This document shows, piece by piece, positions 8,884 to 18,029 of a DNA stretch of 64,000 nucleotides. The translations under genes were made by a program, and so were the position numbers. The DNA comes from Thermoplasmata archaeon (GTDB taxonomy: Archaea > Thermoplasmatota > Thermoplasmata > Thermoplasmatales > Thermoplasmataceae), in the NCBI GenBank assembly GCA_021821635.1, contig JAKACH010000001.1, forward strand, positions 8,304 to 72,303, in the 5' to 3' direction. The notes beneath the pieces were generated by a model that was not told the DNA's origin, searched no databases, and saw only the letters and a program-made list of their open reading frames with translations. Each line of letters opens with the position of its first letter. Positions within the stretch are counted from its first letter, which is position 1.

Positions 8884-9537
8884 GTTGTTTTTCAACTTCC
8901 AAAATCTGGCTGTAGTTACGTCAAAGAAGCTCAGGAAAGTCAATTTGTGGAGCATTTTACCAATTCTATTGTCGAACAAACCGGTTCCAAATATCGCCTC
9001 TAGACTCATTCTCTTATCCAGGTATGTTTCTGGAGGGCCATAATATATTTTATGTACCCCTAATTTTGTCTTAACTTCTCTTATTTCTTTTGTTTCCCTC
9101 ATTTTCGAAAGGGGTGAATAAGGGACTGAAATGATTACTGTTGCCCCTTTTCTCCCGACCCTGAGTATTTCATCATACACCAAGGCTGGATTGTTGATAT
9201 GATGCATAACTCTCACCATTACTATCAGATCAAACAGACCGCTTTCAAAGGGGAGGTTGAAAAAATTACAACGCTTCAACTGTGTTCTGATCAATCGTTT
9301 TTTAGCCTCTTCCAGGTTCCTGCTTGAGAAATCAACCATATAAGTCTCTTCGCTTATCCTCTCCAGGACAGAGGTGATTCTCCCAAATCCACCGCCCAGC
9401 TCGAGCGTCTTCTTTGGGTTTCCGGCGAGTTTCATAATGAGTCTTCTTTCCGCTAAATCCAGTATTTCTCTATTTTTCCACTCACCGAGGTAATCATAGT
9501 TTTCGTAATCAGGAGGATCCACAAAACAAAAACGCAA
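8854..9537 (-). CDS. class I SAM-dependent methyltransferase
   Basis: 227 aa. Motif I is 'TLELGGGFGRITSVL', followed by 'FDLIVMVRVMHHI'. It overlaps the GT2 gene convergently by 30 nt. Confidence 0.75.
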   Translation of the reverse strand: MRFCFVDPPDYENYDYLGEWKNREILDLAERRLIMKLAGNPKKTLELGGGFGRITSVLERISEETYMVDFSSRNLEEAKKRLIRTQLKRCNFFNLPFESGLFDLIVMVRVMHHINNPALVYDEILRVGRKGATVIISVPYSPLSKMRETKEIREVKTKLGVHKIYYGPPETYLDKRMSLEAIFGTGLFDNRIGKMLHKLTFLSFFDVTTARFWKLKNNLFLKFRLPD

Positions 9538-9754
9538 TTTAATCTAATTAACGTTTACTCATAATTGAAGCCTGATTTATGTATGCGAGCAAAAACAAAA
9601 CTGTGCTGACGATTGCTTTGAGTAAAGTGGTCAAGGCAAGTAACTTGGAATATGTAAAACTGGAAATAGGACTTAAAGTGCTGTATCAAGCCTGTTGTGT
9701 TCATCAACTAAACCACCTTGAATTAAAGAAAAGAAGTTAATGCCTAAATGCATT

Positions 9755-10492
9755 ATGTTGGTATTGATATTAGTTAAGATCGGCGGCAGTGTGATTACTG
9801 ACAAGAATGTGTACAGGAGATTCAGGAAAGACTCTTGCAAAAAAATCATTCAGACACTTTCCATCCTGGATAAAGATCTCATAGTGACTCACGGGGCAGG
9901 TTCATTCGGTCACATTATTGCCAAGAAAAGCGGTTTCCCGAAGAGGTTCAAAAAAGAGGACGTGTATGCTTTCTCAACTATTCGCAAAGACGTTCTTGAT
10001 CTCAATACCAGGGTCGCTGGAATTATGCTTGAAGAAGGATTATCGCCCATCAGCATACCCACGCAGTCCATATACCGAACCAGGTCTCCCGACCTGTCTG
10101 ATTTCAAAAAATACTTGTCTCTGGGTTTCACTCCACTGGGCATGGGTGATGTCATTCTGCGCGCCGGATTCATAAGAATCATATCTGCCGATGATCTTTT
10201 GGTGGCTCTCAGTTCAGTATTCAAACCGGATCTGGTAATATTCATGACCGATGTTGACGGGATTTACGATAATGATCCAAAGACAGTCAGTGATGCTAAG
10301 CTGCTCAAATCCATTGACAGGAACATTGCGTTTAGCCAGGTCATGAACGACGTGACTGGCGGCATGAAGTCAAAGTACGAGAAAATATTGAAGATAAGAA
10401 AGCATGCAGGAAAGGTTGTTGTTGTCAACGGTAACAAACCTGAAAGGCTTAATGCAATAGGGAAGAAAGATTTCATCGGCACGGTGATTTAA
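9755..10492 (+). CDS. isopentenyl phosphate kinase (amino-acid-kinase fold)
   Basis: The tracked ORF is 9740-10492, and ATG 9755 gives MLVLILVKIGGSVITDK. 'THGAGSFGH', 'FMTDVDGIYDNDP', 'NDVTGGM' and 'FIGTVI' line up with what I recall of Thermoplasma IPK. Confidence 0.85.
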   Translation: MLVLILVKIGGSVITDKNVYRRFRKDSCKKIIQTLSILDKDLIVTHGAGSFGHIIAKKSGFPKRFKKEDVYAFSTIRKDVLDLNTRVAGIMLEEGLSPISIPTQSIYRTRSPDLSDFKKYLSLGFTPLGMGDVILRAGFIRIISADDLLVALSSVFKPDLVIFMTDVDGIYDNDPKTVSDAKLLKSIDRNIAFSQVMNDVTGGMKSKYEKILKIRKHAGKVVVVNGNKPERLNAIGKKDFIGTVI

Positions 10493-11563
10493 TTGGACGA
10501 AAAGATAGAGGCTCGCAAGACTGAACATATAAAGATAGCCGAGGAGGAGAAGGTAACCTCCGAGAGAAACTACTGGGATGACATACGCCTGATACACCAG
10601 GCTATACCTGACTTCGATTATGACTTAATTTCCACTGAAGCTGGGTTTCTTGGTAAGAAGTTCTCCTATCCCATGGTCATTTCATCAATGACTGGGGGAA
10701 CAAGCAGGGCAAAGACAATAAACCGGAACCTTGCAAAGGCGGCTGAGAAGTTTAATATTCCGATGGGGGTAGGAAGCATGCGTGCATGCATCCAGGACCA
10801 CGGCCTCTCGGAGACTTATTCCGTGATCAATGAATTTAAGGTACCCGTCAGACTTGCTAACATAGGTGCACCACAACTTGTCAAGCAGGGAAAAGGAGCT
10901 TTCACTGATGCTGATATCGAGTATGCGTTCAAGCTGATAGATGCAAGCTTCCTTATTGTTCATTTCAACTTTCTCCAGGAAATGGTTCAACCCGAAGGAG
11001 ATCACAATGCAAAGGGCATTTTGAAAAGGCTTTCTGAAGTTGCAGGAAGTTATCCTGTTATTGCAAAGGAAACAGGAAACGGTTTTTCCAGGGAAGCATG
11101 CCTGCTGCTCAAGGACGCAGGCGTCAGGGCTATAGATGTTGGAGGACTGGGAGGCACATCCTTCGCTGCGATTGAATATTACAGGGCTAAAAATGCAGGC
11201 GATAGTGAAAAGATGACATCAGGGGAAACTTTCTGGAACTGGGGTGTCCCATCGCCAGCCTCAATAGAATATTGTCATGACATCCTGCCGACAATAGGAA
11301 GTGGTGGACTCAGGAATGGGCAGGATCTTGCCAAGGCATTAAGTATTGGAGCAGGGATGGGAGGATTCGCAAGATCACTTCTGAAAGGTGCAGACGATTC
11401 ATACGAACAGATTGAGGCCGTCATTTACCAGATTATCCGGGATCTTAAGATAACAATGTTCCTCACAGGATCTTCTAAGATTGAACATCTGAGAAAAGCG
11501 AAAAGGATTATTTTCGATCCGTTGAAAACATGGATGGGAGCTTACGATGCCGGAAGACTATGA
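10493..11563 (+). CDS. fni: type 2 isopentenyl-diphosphate delta-isomerase (FMN-dependent)
   Basis: 356 aa. The TTG start directly abuts the IPK stop. Motifs are 'RKTEHIKIA', 'SSMTGGT', 'KETGNGFS' and 'GSGGLRNGQD'. Confidence 0.9.
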   Translation: MDEKIEARKTEHIKIAEEEKVTSERNYWDDIRLIHQAIPDFDYDLISTEAGFLGKKFSYPMVISSMTGGTSRAKTINRNLAKAAEKFNIPMGVGSMRACIQDHGLSETYSVINEFKVPVRLANIGAPQLVKQGKGAFTDADIEYAFKLIDASFLIVHFNFLQEMVQPEGDHNAKGILKRLSEVAGSYPVIAKETGNGFSREACLLLKDAGVRAIDVGGLGGTSFAAIEYYRAKNAGDSEKMTSGETFWNWGVPSPASIEYCHDILPTIGSGGLRNGQDLAKALSIGAGMGGFARSLLKGADDSYEQIEAVIYQIIRDLKITMFLTGSSKIEHLRKAKRIIFDPLKTWMGAYDAGRL

Positions 11564-12074
11564 ACCGCCACCAGAAATCGAAACGACAATGAAATGCCCC
11601 GTTTGTGGCAAAAACCTATTCCTAATCTACTTTACGACTACAATACCATATGAAGGAAGGATAGTCATAAACACGTATGTCTGTCACAACTGCATGTACA
11701 AGAACCCGCAGGTATATTCAGAGGGACAGGAAAAAAAGGAGAAAATAACGCTCAAGATCACTGAGCCCGATGACCTCGGCGTGCTTGTATACAGATCTCC
11801 GAAAGCATCTATAATAATACCAGAGCTTGACGCGGAGATTCTTCCAGGGGATGATTCCAGAGGCGATCTGACCACAGTCGAAGGAATCCTTCTAACTATA
11901 TATGACCGCCTTGACCTATTTATGGGAGACCCGGAAAACGAATCTAAAATCAACGTTATCCGAAACAGGTTGTCGAACGTAAGGGAAAGTGCAATTGGGC
12001 TCACTATAGTGATAGAGGATGAAAGCGGGCTGAGCAGGATTAACAGCCCGAAGTCAGTTTCGGAATTTTTCTGA
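11547..12074 (+). CDS. ZPR1-type zinc-finger protein
   Basis: 'MKCPVCGKNLFLIYFTTTIPYEGRIVINTYVCHNCMYKN' is the ZPR1 CxxC...CxxC finger, followed by the ZPR1 beta domain. The start is either 11547 (17-nt overlap with fni) or ATG 11589. Confidence 0.7.
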   Translation: MPEDYEPPPEIETTMKCPVCGKNLFLIYFTTTIPYEGRIVINTYVCHNCMYKNPQVYSEGQEKKEKITLKITEPDDLGVLVYRSPKASIIIPELDAEILPGDDSRGDLTTVEGILLTIYDRLDLFMGDPENESKINVIRNRLSNVRESAIGLTIVIEDESGLSRINSPKSVSEFF

Positions 12075-12124
12075 ATCCCTGCCTGAAATAGGGTTTTGAT
12101 AAGTCCCGATACTGAGTGAAATTC

Positions 12125-12592
12125 TTATTTTTTTCTAAGACCTATAACTCCAACTATGATCACAAGAATATATTCAATGAAAAGGAGTGGATAAAGTCCC
12201 GGGATGTAGTTCTGGAACCCGTCATAGCGGGAGAAACTGAACAGATAACCTGCGAACTGGGATGCAGAAAGCCCAACATTCAGGGATGAATACGTGGCTA
12301 TATCTGCTACGAGGAATATTGCGACAACAGCGGAACCGATAACTCCTATCTTTCCGAAGAATGTGTTATGCTTTACTGCTATCAGAACCCCCCCGATAAG
12401 CGAGATCAGCGCAATAACGAGCATTCCATACCAGTGATAAAAATACTTTGGAACGGTCTGGAAATCAGTCTGCAGGTTATTATCTGTAAGAAGAATGGCA
12501 ACCGCAGTTATGAATGCGACCACCAGGAGCAAGCCCTGCGTAACGAAGTAACTATCTCTCTGTTTTTTAACTGCCATTAGATAATGATCCAT
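12125..12592 (-). CDS. hypothetical 4-TM membrane protein
   Basis: 155 aa with four long hydrophobic segments. I recognise no family. Confidence 0.5.
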   Translation of the reverse strand: MDHYLMAVKKQRDSYFVTQGLLLVVAFITAVAILLTDNNLQTDFQTVPKYFYHWYGMLVIALISLIGGVLIAVKHNTFFGKIGVIGSAVVAIFLVADIATYSSLNVGLSASQFAGYLFSFSRYDGFQNYIPGLYPLLFIEYILVIIVGVIGLRKK

Positions 12593-12672
12593 ATTATTGC
12601 GTATAAACTTTGCCTCAGTTTTCTGTGTGAGATCATCTGCTAAAAAGCGATTACGACGAATTCATCCATTTT

Positions 12673-13530
12673 CTATTTCGCACTTGAAATAGCCCCTTCC
12701 AGCCTTCTGATCTCATCTATGCTGAGTCTCCAGCCAACAGATCCGACATTTTCTGAGACATGTTCCGGGTTTGATGCCCTAGGTATTGGAAAGACATTTT
12801 CGTTTTTTGAATAGAACCAGTTCAGGGCGATCTGCGACAATGACTTCCCGCCATGATTCCTGGAAATATCAGCGATAGCAGCACTCAGTGATGCGTTCTC
12901 TGATCCAAGCTTTCCGTGACCCAGGGGATAATAAGCAAGAACCGCTATTTTTCTATCCCGGCAGTGGGGAAGAATATCCTTTTCGATTTTTCCGTCAACG
13001 AGGCTGTATGGCATCTGCGTGGAAGCAAGATCGTTCGTCTTCAATGCCTCTTCCGCATCCATCATCTGTTTGAGTGAAAAATTGCTTATACCTATATACC
13101 TGATTTTTCCTTCCTTTACGAGATACTCCATGGCTCTCATGGTCTCGGAAATCTTGACACGTTTGTTGGGAAAATGAATCTGGTAAAGATCTATATAACC
13201 TGTCTGGAGATTCTTCAGGCTCCTGTTGCAGGACTTGATGACAGAATCATAATCAAGGTTTGACCTCCACACCTTGGTTGCTATGAATATTTCGTCCCTC
13301 CTTCTGCCGGATATTGCCTTTGCAACCAGGGGCTCTGTGCCATAAATCTCGGCTGTATCTATGAATTTTACATCCTCATCAAAGCCTGTATTAATCGCCT
13401 TGAGATGCATCTCGCTTCTTGGTTTCATCTTCAGTAGCTTCGCTGCCGCTATCCAACCTGGATCGTAATAAGTGCCCATTCCGAATAGGGGGAGCTTATA
13501 ACCAGTCTTTCCGAATTCCCTGTATTCCAT
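12673..13530 (-). CDS. aldo/keto reductase
   Basis: 285 aa. 'MEYREFGKTGYKLPLFGMGTY', 'FIDTAEIYG', 'GYIDLYQIH' and 'IRYIGISNF' are standard AKR motifs. Confidence 0.85.
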   Translation of the reverse strand: MEYREFGKTGYKLPLFGMGTYYDPGWIAAAKLLKMKPRSEMHLKAINTGFDEDVKFIDTAEIYGTEPLVAKAISGRRRDEIFIATKVWRSNLDYDSVIKSCNRSLKNLQTGYIDLYQIHFPNKRVKISETMRAMEYLVKEGKIRYIGISNFSLKQMMDAEEALKTNDLASTQMPYSLVDGKIEKDILPHCRDRKIAVLAYYPLGHGKLGSENASLSAAIADISRNHGGKSLSQIALNWFYSKNENVFPIPRASNPEHVSENVGSVGWRLSIDEIRRLEGAISSAK

Positions 13531-13563
13531 TCTTACATCTCTCTAATTTTGCAGTGACAAGTG

Positions 13564-14535
13564 CTATCTCTTCCAGTCACTTGAAGGTTTTGTAGACATG
13601 GCCAGATTCCATATGAGGACATTCTTTCCCCGTCCGTACTTGTAGGATCCCAACAGGCTCAACGTCTCGAGCAAGAGAAGGGGAAAAATGTAAGCTCCGA
13701 GATCGCTTCTCTTCCTTATTGCGGCATATATATTTCTGAAAAAAAGGAGCGGATCCGAAAGCAGCAGGAAATCCATTATCTGTGGCTGGAATCCCATAGA
13801 CCACATCTGTCTGTGTCCGTAGATGATTCTGCTCCTCTGGGTAATGTAATCTCTCGCGTTGTCAGGAGTCAGGTTGTTGATCTTCACATTATCTGCGTAC
13901 ACTACCTTCATGCCACGAGATGCAGCCAACATGCAGATATATTCCTCATCATTAACGACATCAGGCATTCTTGATACAAGTTCCCGGCGGAACGCAATCA
14001 TCTCTCCTCCATGCGGTATTCCGCCTTCCATTGCAATATGCCTGAGTGTGGCGTTTCTTATCTGCCATAATAGTGCTCCAGTCCTTGACGCAAGTCCGAA
14101 CCTCTCAATCGGGACGACATCAGGGAACACAACCCCGACTTCGCTGGAGAAGCATCGCTCAATTTCGCTGATAGCAGATGGATCGAAGTGAATGTCCGAG
14201 GAAATAAGATAGAGAAGATCGCCGTGCATTAAATCAAGGCAGGAATTTATCGCTGCTATTTTCCCTATCCGCTCTTTCTCCCTGATCTTTATCAATCTTG
14301 CATCAGTTAATTCCTCCAGAAACGAATAATCATTACTGTTCTGGGATCCATATGCAACCGCTATCCTTTCGAATGGTGATGAAAGCAATGGATCAATCAA
14401 CTGCTTAAGGCCTTGAGGATCATTATATGAAACAACTATGGCTTCTTTAATCAAGATTCTCACTTCCTGCTCTCCTTCTCTCCATAAGTCTTCTGTATTT
14501 CTCGGAATCCAGCACAAAATACCTTCTGGAAACAA
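13564..14535 (-). CDS. family 2 glycosyltransferase-like protein
   Basis: 'AIVVSYNDPQGLKQLIDPLL', 'YLISSDIHF' and a GT-A-like layout. The ATG at 14535 overlaps the upstream gene by 89 nt. A GTG at 14463 (VRILIKEAIVV...) would cut the overlap to 17 nt. Confidence 0.65.
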   Translation of the reverse strand: MFPEGILCWIPRNTEDLWREGEQEVRILIKEAIVVSYNDPQGLKQLIDPLLSSPFERIAVAYGSQNSNDYSFLEELTDARLIKIREKERIGKIAAINSCLDLMHGDLLYLISSDIHFDPSAISEIERCFSSEVGVVFPDVVPIERFGLASRTGALLWQIRNATLRHIAMEGGIPHGGEMIAFRRELVSRMPDVVNDEEYICMLAASRGMKVVYADNVKINNLTPDNARDYITQRSRIIYGHRQMWSMGFQPQIMDFLLLSDPLLFFRNIYAAIRKRSDLGAYIFPLLLLETLSLLGSYKYGRGKNVLIWNLAMSTKPSSDWKR

Positions 14536-15109
14536 GAGTTCTGAACGACTCTGAGCCTCGTCCGGAAGCGATCAGGCGGTGGTTTACTATAAGTCCCTTG
14601 ACAATCATCAATGGGGCCAGGAAGAGGAAAAGGAAACCGGAGATCGCATGCCTTGGCTCCCACCTTCTGGTACGTTTCCCTGATCGTGCGCGGTCGTTTC
14701 TCTCGCCCATTCTGGATAGAAGATCCTCGTAGTAGCCCCTGCCATAAACAGGGATGACATGAGTCGCATCTTCCAAAACAAGTGGATCACTTATGTCGGA
14801 ATAGTAATCAGATGCGTAAGAGGCAGACATGCAAAGGGAAAGGCAGATATCATGCATGCCAAGTATCCTCCTTCTTATAAAAGCGCGGAAAATGACTTCC
14901 CAGAGCCTACCGTCATTGGCAATCAGGAAAATATCAACGTCATCCTGTTCCTTTGGTTCATATGAGACAGAGCCGCTGATACCCGCAAATGCAAGTCCCG
15001 ATTCACCGAGCGTTGAGAGGTAACTGACGGCATATTGCATTTTTTTCCTCTTTACCTCACTGTGGAGTGCAATTTTCTCTTGATCAGGAAAAACACTGAC
15101 GGTCTCCAT
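14447..15109 (-). CDS. hypothetical protein with a polymerase-beta-type nucleotidyltransferase motif and one hydrophobic segment
   Basis: 220 aa. 'FAGISGSVSYEPKEQDDVDIFLI' fits the G[SG]x9-13DxD minimal NTase signature, and 'ISGFLFLFLAPLMIVKGLIV' is TM-like. Confidence 0.4.
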   Translation of the reverse strand: METVSVFPDQEKIALHSEVKRKKMQYAVSYLSTLGESGLAFAGISGSVSYEPKEQDDVDIFLIANDGRLWEVIFRAFIRRRILGMHDICLSLCMSASYASDYYSDISDPLVLEDATHVIPVYGRGYYEDLLSRMGERNDRARSGKRTRRWEPRHAISGFLFLFLAPLMIVKGLIVNHRLIASGRGSESFRTLVSRRYFVLDSEKYRRLMERRRAGSENLD

Positions 15110-15263
15110 TTTGCAATAATATCAAAATAAAGGTAATATCCTTTCGGTTTTAGTTGCACTTGGTTATTGGAATCACGCAAGATTCTTTAAAATTGGTTAG
15201 AGCATCTATGCAGATCAGCATTAGAAAGGATTCCCAACAAGACGGATAAACATTAATTGAAAA

Positions 15264-15695
15264 ATGAAATACGCCCAGATGCCTTTTTCGAGAGAAGAGA
15301 AACTGGTAATCTCCGTGGCAATACAACTGGTAGGAGGCATTTACCTCGTTTTTTATGACCACAGGCTTTACACTTTTGGCATCCTTCATTATTATGCTCT
15401 CCTGGGATATCTTTTACTCGATGTTGTATTCCTCATCATGCTTCTCCTGTCTTACAGTGCGAAAATAAGGCACATCATTGGCTTCTTCTCTGCACTTGGG
15501 GCAATTGCAATGGTTCTTGATGCATTTCTGGGCCTTCCCGCATCTAAATACAGTACTACACCGATTTATGGCATCCAGTACCTTTTCGGTTTCGGGTTAC
15601 CAGGAACTGGAAGCCTATTCGGAACGTCGCTGGCCTTTTCAATTCTGTTGCTGGGAAGCGCAGCCACGGCATTTCTGGCCACAAAATCCTCCTGA
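15264..15695 (+). CDS. hypothetical 4-TM membrane protein
   Basis: 143 aa, hydrophobic throughout. It competes with antisense or shadow ORFs at 15150-15389 and 15478-15804. Confidence 0.45.
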   Translation: MKYAQMPFSREEKLVISVAIQLVGGIYLVFYDHRLYTFGILHYYALLGYLLLDVVFLIMLLLSYSAKIRHIIGFFSALGAIAMVLDAFLGLPASKYSTTPIYGIQYLFGFGLPGTGSLFGTSLAFSILLLGSAATAFLATKSS

Positions 15696-15751
15696 AATGC
15701 TGAATAACGAAGTTTTAAATTTAATGAAATTTTATTCCGTAGACTATAAAG

Positions 15752-17515
15752 ATGAAGCTGACTTACTTTGTAACTATCGACGAACCCCACCTGCACCTGC
15801 TTAAAGTTGAGATGGCAATCTCCGAAATAACGGACAACGAGATAATACTTACAATGCCTGCCTGGACTCCGGGAAGTTACCTTATACGTGACTTCGCCAG
15901 AAATGTCAGGAGCCTCAGTGCACATTCCTCGGATGGCAGGATCCTGGAGGCAAGGAAGAAGGACAAAAGCAGCTGGAAAATATCTACTGCAGGGAGTACA
16001 GAACTGCGGATATCATATCAGGTATTTTGTGAAGAACTTTCTATACGATCAACCCATCTGGATGCCAGCCATGCATTCATACTCGGTACAAGCGCATTCA
16101 TGTACATGGAGGGATACAAAGATCAGGCACTCGAGATATCCTTCAATATACCTGGGGAGTGGCGCATTTCAACCTCGCTGGAGAAGACAATTGATAACGT
16201 GTACCGTGCAATCAATTATGACGTCCTCGTAGATTCTCCTGTTGAAATAGGCAGGCATTTGAGCGGCACTTTTGCCGTGGATGGAAAGGAACATGAGGTT
16301 GCCCTGTACGGGCAGTTTAACGGCGACTTCCAGAAACTCCTCAACGACATGCAGAAAATCGTCGAGGCTACACTTAGGATATTTGAGCATGCACCCTATA
16401 AACGCTATGTGTTCATACTGCAATCCTACCAGGGAAACCAGATGGGAGGCCTTGAGCACTCAGCATCATGTGCTGTCTCAATGGATCCTTCCATGATCTT
16501 TGACGAAGATTATTACAAGCGTCTGATGTCCGTGATAGCACATGAATATTTCCACACCTGGAATGTCAAACGTATCAGGCCTGTTGAACTCGGTCCGTTC
16601 AACTACAGGGAGGAGAATTACACCACTCTTCTGTGGTTTTCAGAGGGAGTTACGGACTACTTTGCTGATCTGATAATTCTGAGGGCAAAGCTCATAGACC
16701 AATCGAAATATCTCGAATTCCTGGGTGAGTCGATCAAGTTGATTGAGTTCACGCCAGGTTCACTAGAGACATCGCTTGCAGATTCTTCATTTGATACATG
16801 GATAAGACTGTACAAGCCATCTCCCGACGACGTCAACAGCTACATTTCTTATTATCTGAAGGGTAAGCTGGTTGGCCTCCTGATGAGCAAGAAAATAGCT
16901 GCCCTGACATCAGGCAGCAAATCTCTTGATCACCTTCTCCTCCTGCTTTACGAGAAGTTCAGGAAGGACGGGAAGGGCTTCACGGACAAGGACCTGCTTG
17001 CCGCTCTAAAGGATATTTCAGGACAGGACTTCAATGAATTCTTCAACAGGTTTGTCAGGGGAACGGAGAAGATAGATTTTGACTCTGAGCTTGCCGAAAT
17101 GGGATTGAAGATCGATCGGACGCATTCCGCCGAATCCAGGGCTTTCCTCACATGGTCAGGAATGATCTTAAAACGGGATGGCGCAGCTTTCACTGTTGCA
17201 GCCGTCATCAAAGGCAAGCCTGCTTACCGTGCAGGTATAAACAGCGGGGACGAGCTAGTGGCAATTAACGGTGCAAGGTTCAGGGACGATAATACTTCTG
17301 CTATACTGAAAGGTGCAAAACTTATGCTTGACTCATTCAGGTCGAAATCCGGAGAGAAAGTCACTATAACCGTATTCAGGAGAAACATTCTTATGAACAT
17401 TACGAGCGATGCTGAACCTTTGCCGTTCGATACTTATAAGATAACAGAAATCCCGGAGCAGGGCGATAAAAAGAAAATAATGGACAGGGTATTGCTTTCC
17501 ACAGTCACATTATAA
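15752..17515 (+). CDS. M61-family metallopeptidase (glycyl aminopeptidase-like) with a C-terminal PDZ domain
   Basis: 587 aa. It has the zinc motif 'VIAHEYFHTWNVKRIRP' and a PDZ-like 'VIKGKPAYRAGINSGDELVAINGARF'. Confidence 0.8.
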   Translation: MKLTYFVTIDEPHLHLLKVEMAISEITDNEIILTMPAWTPGSYLIRDFARNVRSLSAHSSDGRILEARKKDKSSWKISTAGSTELRISYQVFCEELSIRSTHLDASHAFILGTSAFMYMEGYKDQALEISFNIPGEWRISTSLEKTIDNVYRAINYDVLVDSPVEIGRHLSGTFAVDGKEHEVALYGQFNGDFQKLLNDMQKIVEATLRIFEHAPYKRYVFILQSYQGNQMGGLEHSASCAVSMDPSMIFDEDYYKRLMSVIAHEYFHTWNVKRIRPVELGPFNYREENYTTLLWFSEGVTDYFADLIILRAKLIDQSKYLEFLGESIKLIEFTPGSLETSLADSSFDTWIRLYKPSPDDVNSYISYYLKGKLVGLLMSKKIAALTSGSKSLDHLLLLLYEKFRKDGKGFTDKDLLAALKDISGQDFNEFFNRFVRGTEKIDFDSELAEMGLKIDRTHSAESRAFLTWSGMILKRDGAAFTVAAVIKGKPAYRAGINSGDELVAINGARFRDDNTSAILKGAKLMLDSFRSKSGEKVTITVFRRNILMNITSDAEPLPFDTYKITEIPEQGDKKKIMDRVLLSTVTL

Positions 17516-18029
17516 CAAGGGCCTTGATGCCTGAGACCTTCCTTATTTCCGGTACTATTTCTGGTGGTATGGGCTTTTCAGTAACTATAGTTGCTCTTGG
17601 TTCTTCACTCAGTTCAGGATCGTCAGCGATCACCTGCCGCACGCTGATATTCATGCGCGCAATTATCGCGAGTGTGCCCGCGATTATACCTGGCTGGTCA
17701 GGCGATTCAGGTATGATCTGCAGCACACCCATTCCGAGCCTGGAACTTGAAGCACCAAGATTCGCGGTGGGAGTCAGCGAAGAATAAAAGTCCAGGAGTT
17801 CGGGGTCGTTTGCAATCCGCTTAACGGTTTCGATGACGACCCTGCGATCTATATTCATTGTTCTACCTATCTGCGATGGCGAAAGCATAATTTGTCCACA
17901 GAACACTGAATACTCATTGTCAAGATTCTTCCTGACACTGAGACCTAGCGCCAGCATGAGCTGTGCAACCCTCGCCTGCGACGGTAATTTTTCAAAACGG
18001 GACTTCAGTTTTGTCCACATGCGGATCAA
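17505..18029 (-). CDS. ACT-domain regulator-like protein (COG2150-like)
   Basis: 174 aa. An N-terminal HTH-like part is followed by an ACT-like 'GVLQIIPESPDQPGIIAGTLAIIARMNISVRQVI'. It lies immediately downstream of radA. Confidence 0.55.
   Translation of the reverse strand: MIRMWTKLKSRFEKLPSQARVAQLMLALGLSVRKNLDNEYSVFCGQIMLSPSQIGRTMNIDRRVVIETVKRIANDPELLDFYSSLTPTANLGASSSRLGMGVLQIIPESPDQPGIIAGTLAIIARMNISVRQVIADDPELSEEPRATIVTEKPIPPEIVPEIRKVSGIKALVIM

Noticed and set aside
12125-15695. Possible paralogy between the two small 4-TM proteins (12125-12592 minus strand and 15264-15695 plus strand)
   Set aside because: They share only similar length and hydrophobic rhythm plus a few aligned residues (H.Y...L, G..S...AI...D). 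That is too weak by eye to claim a family.
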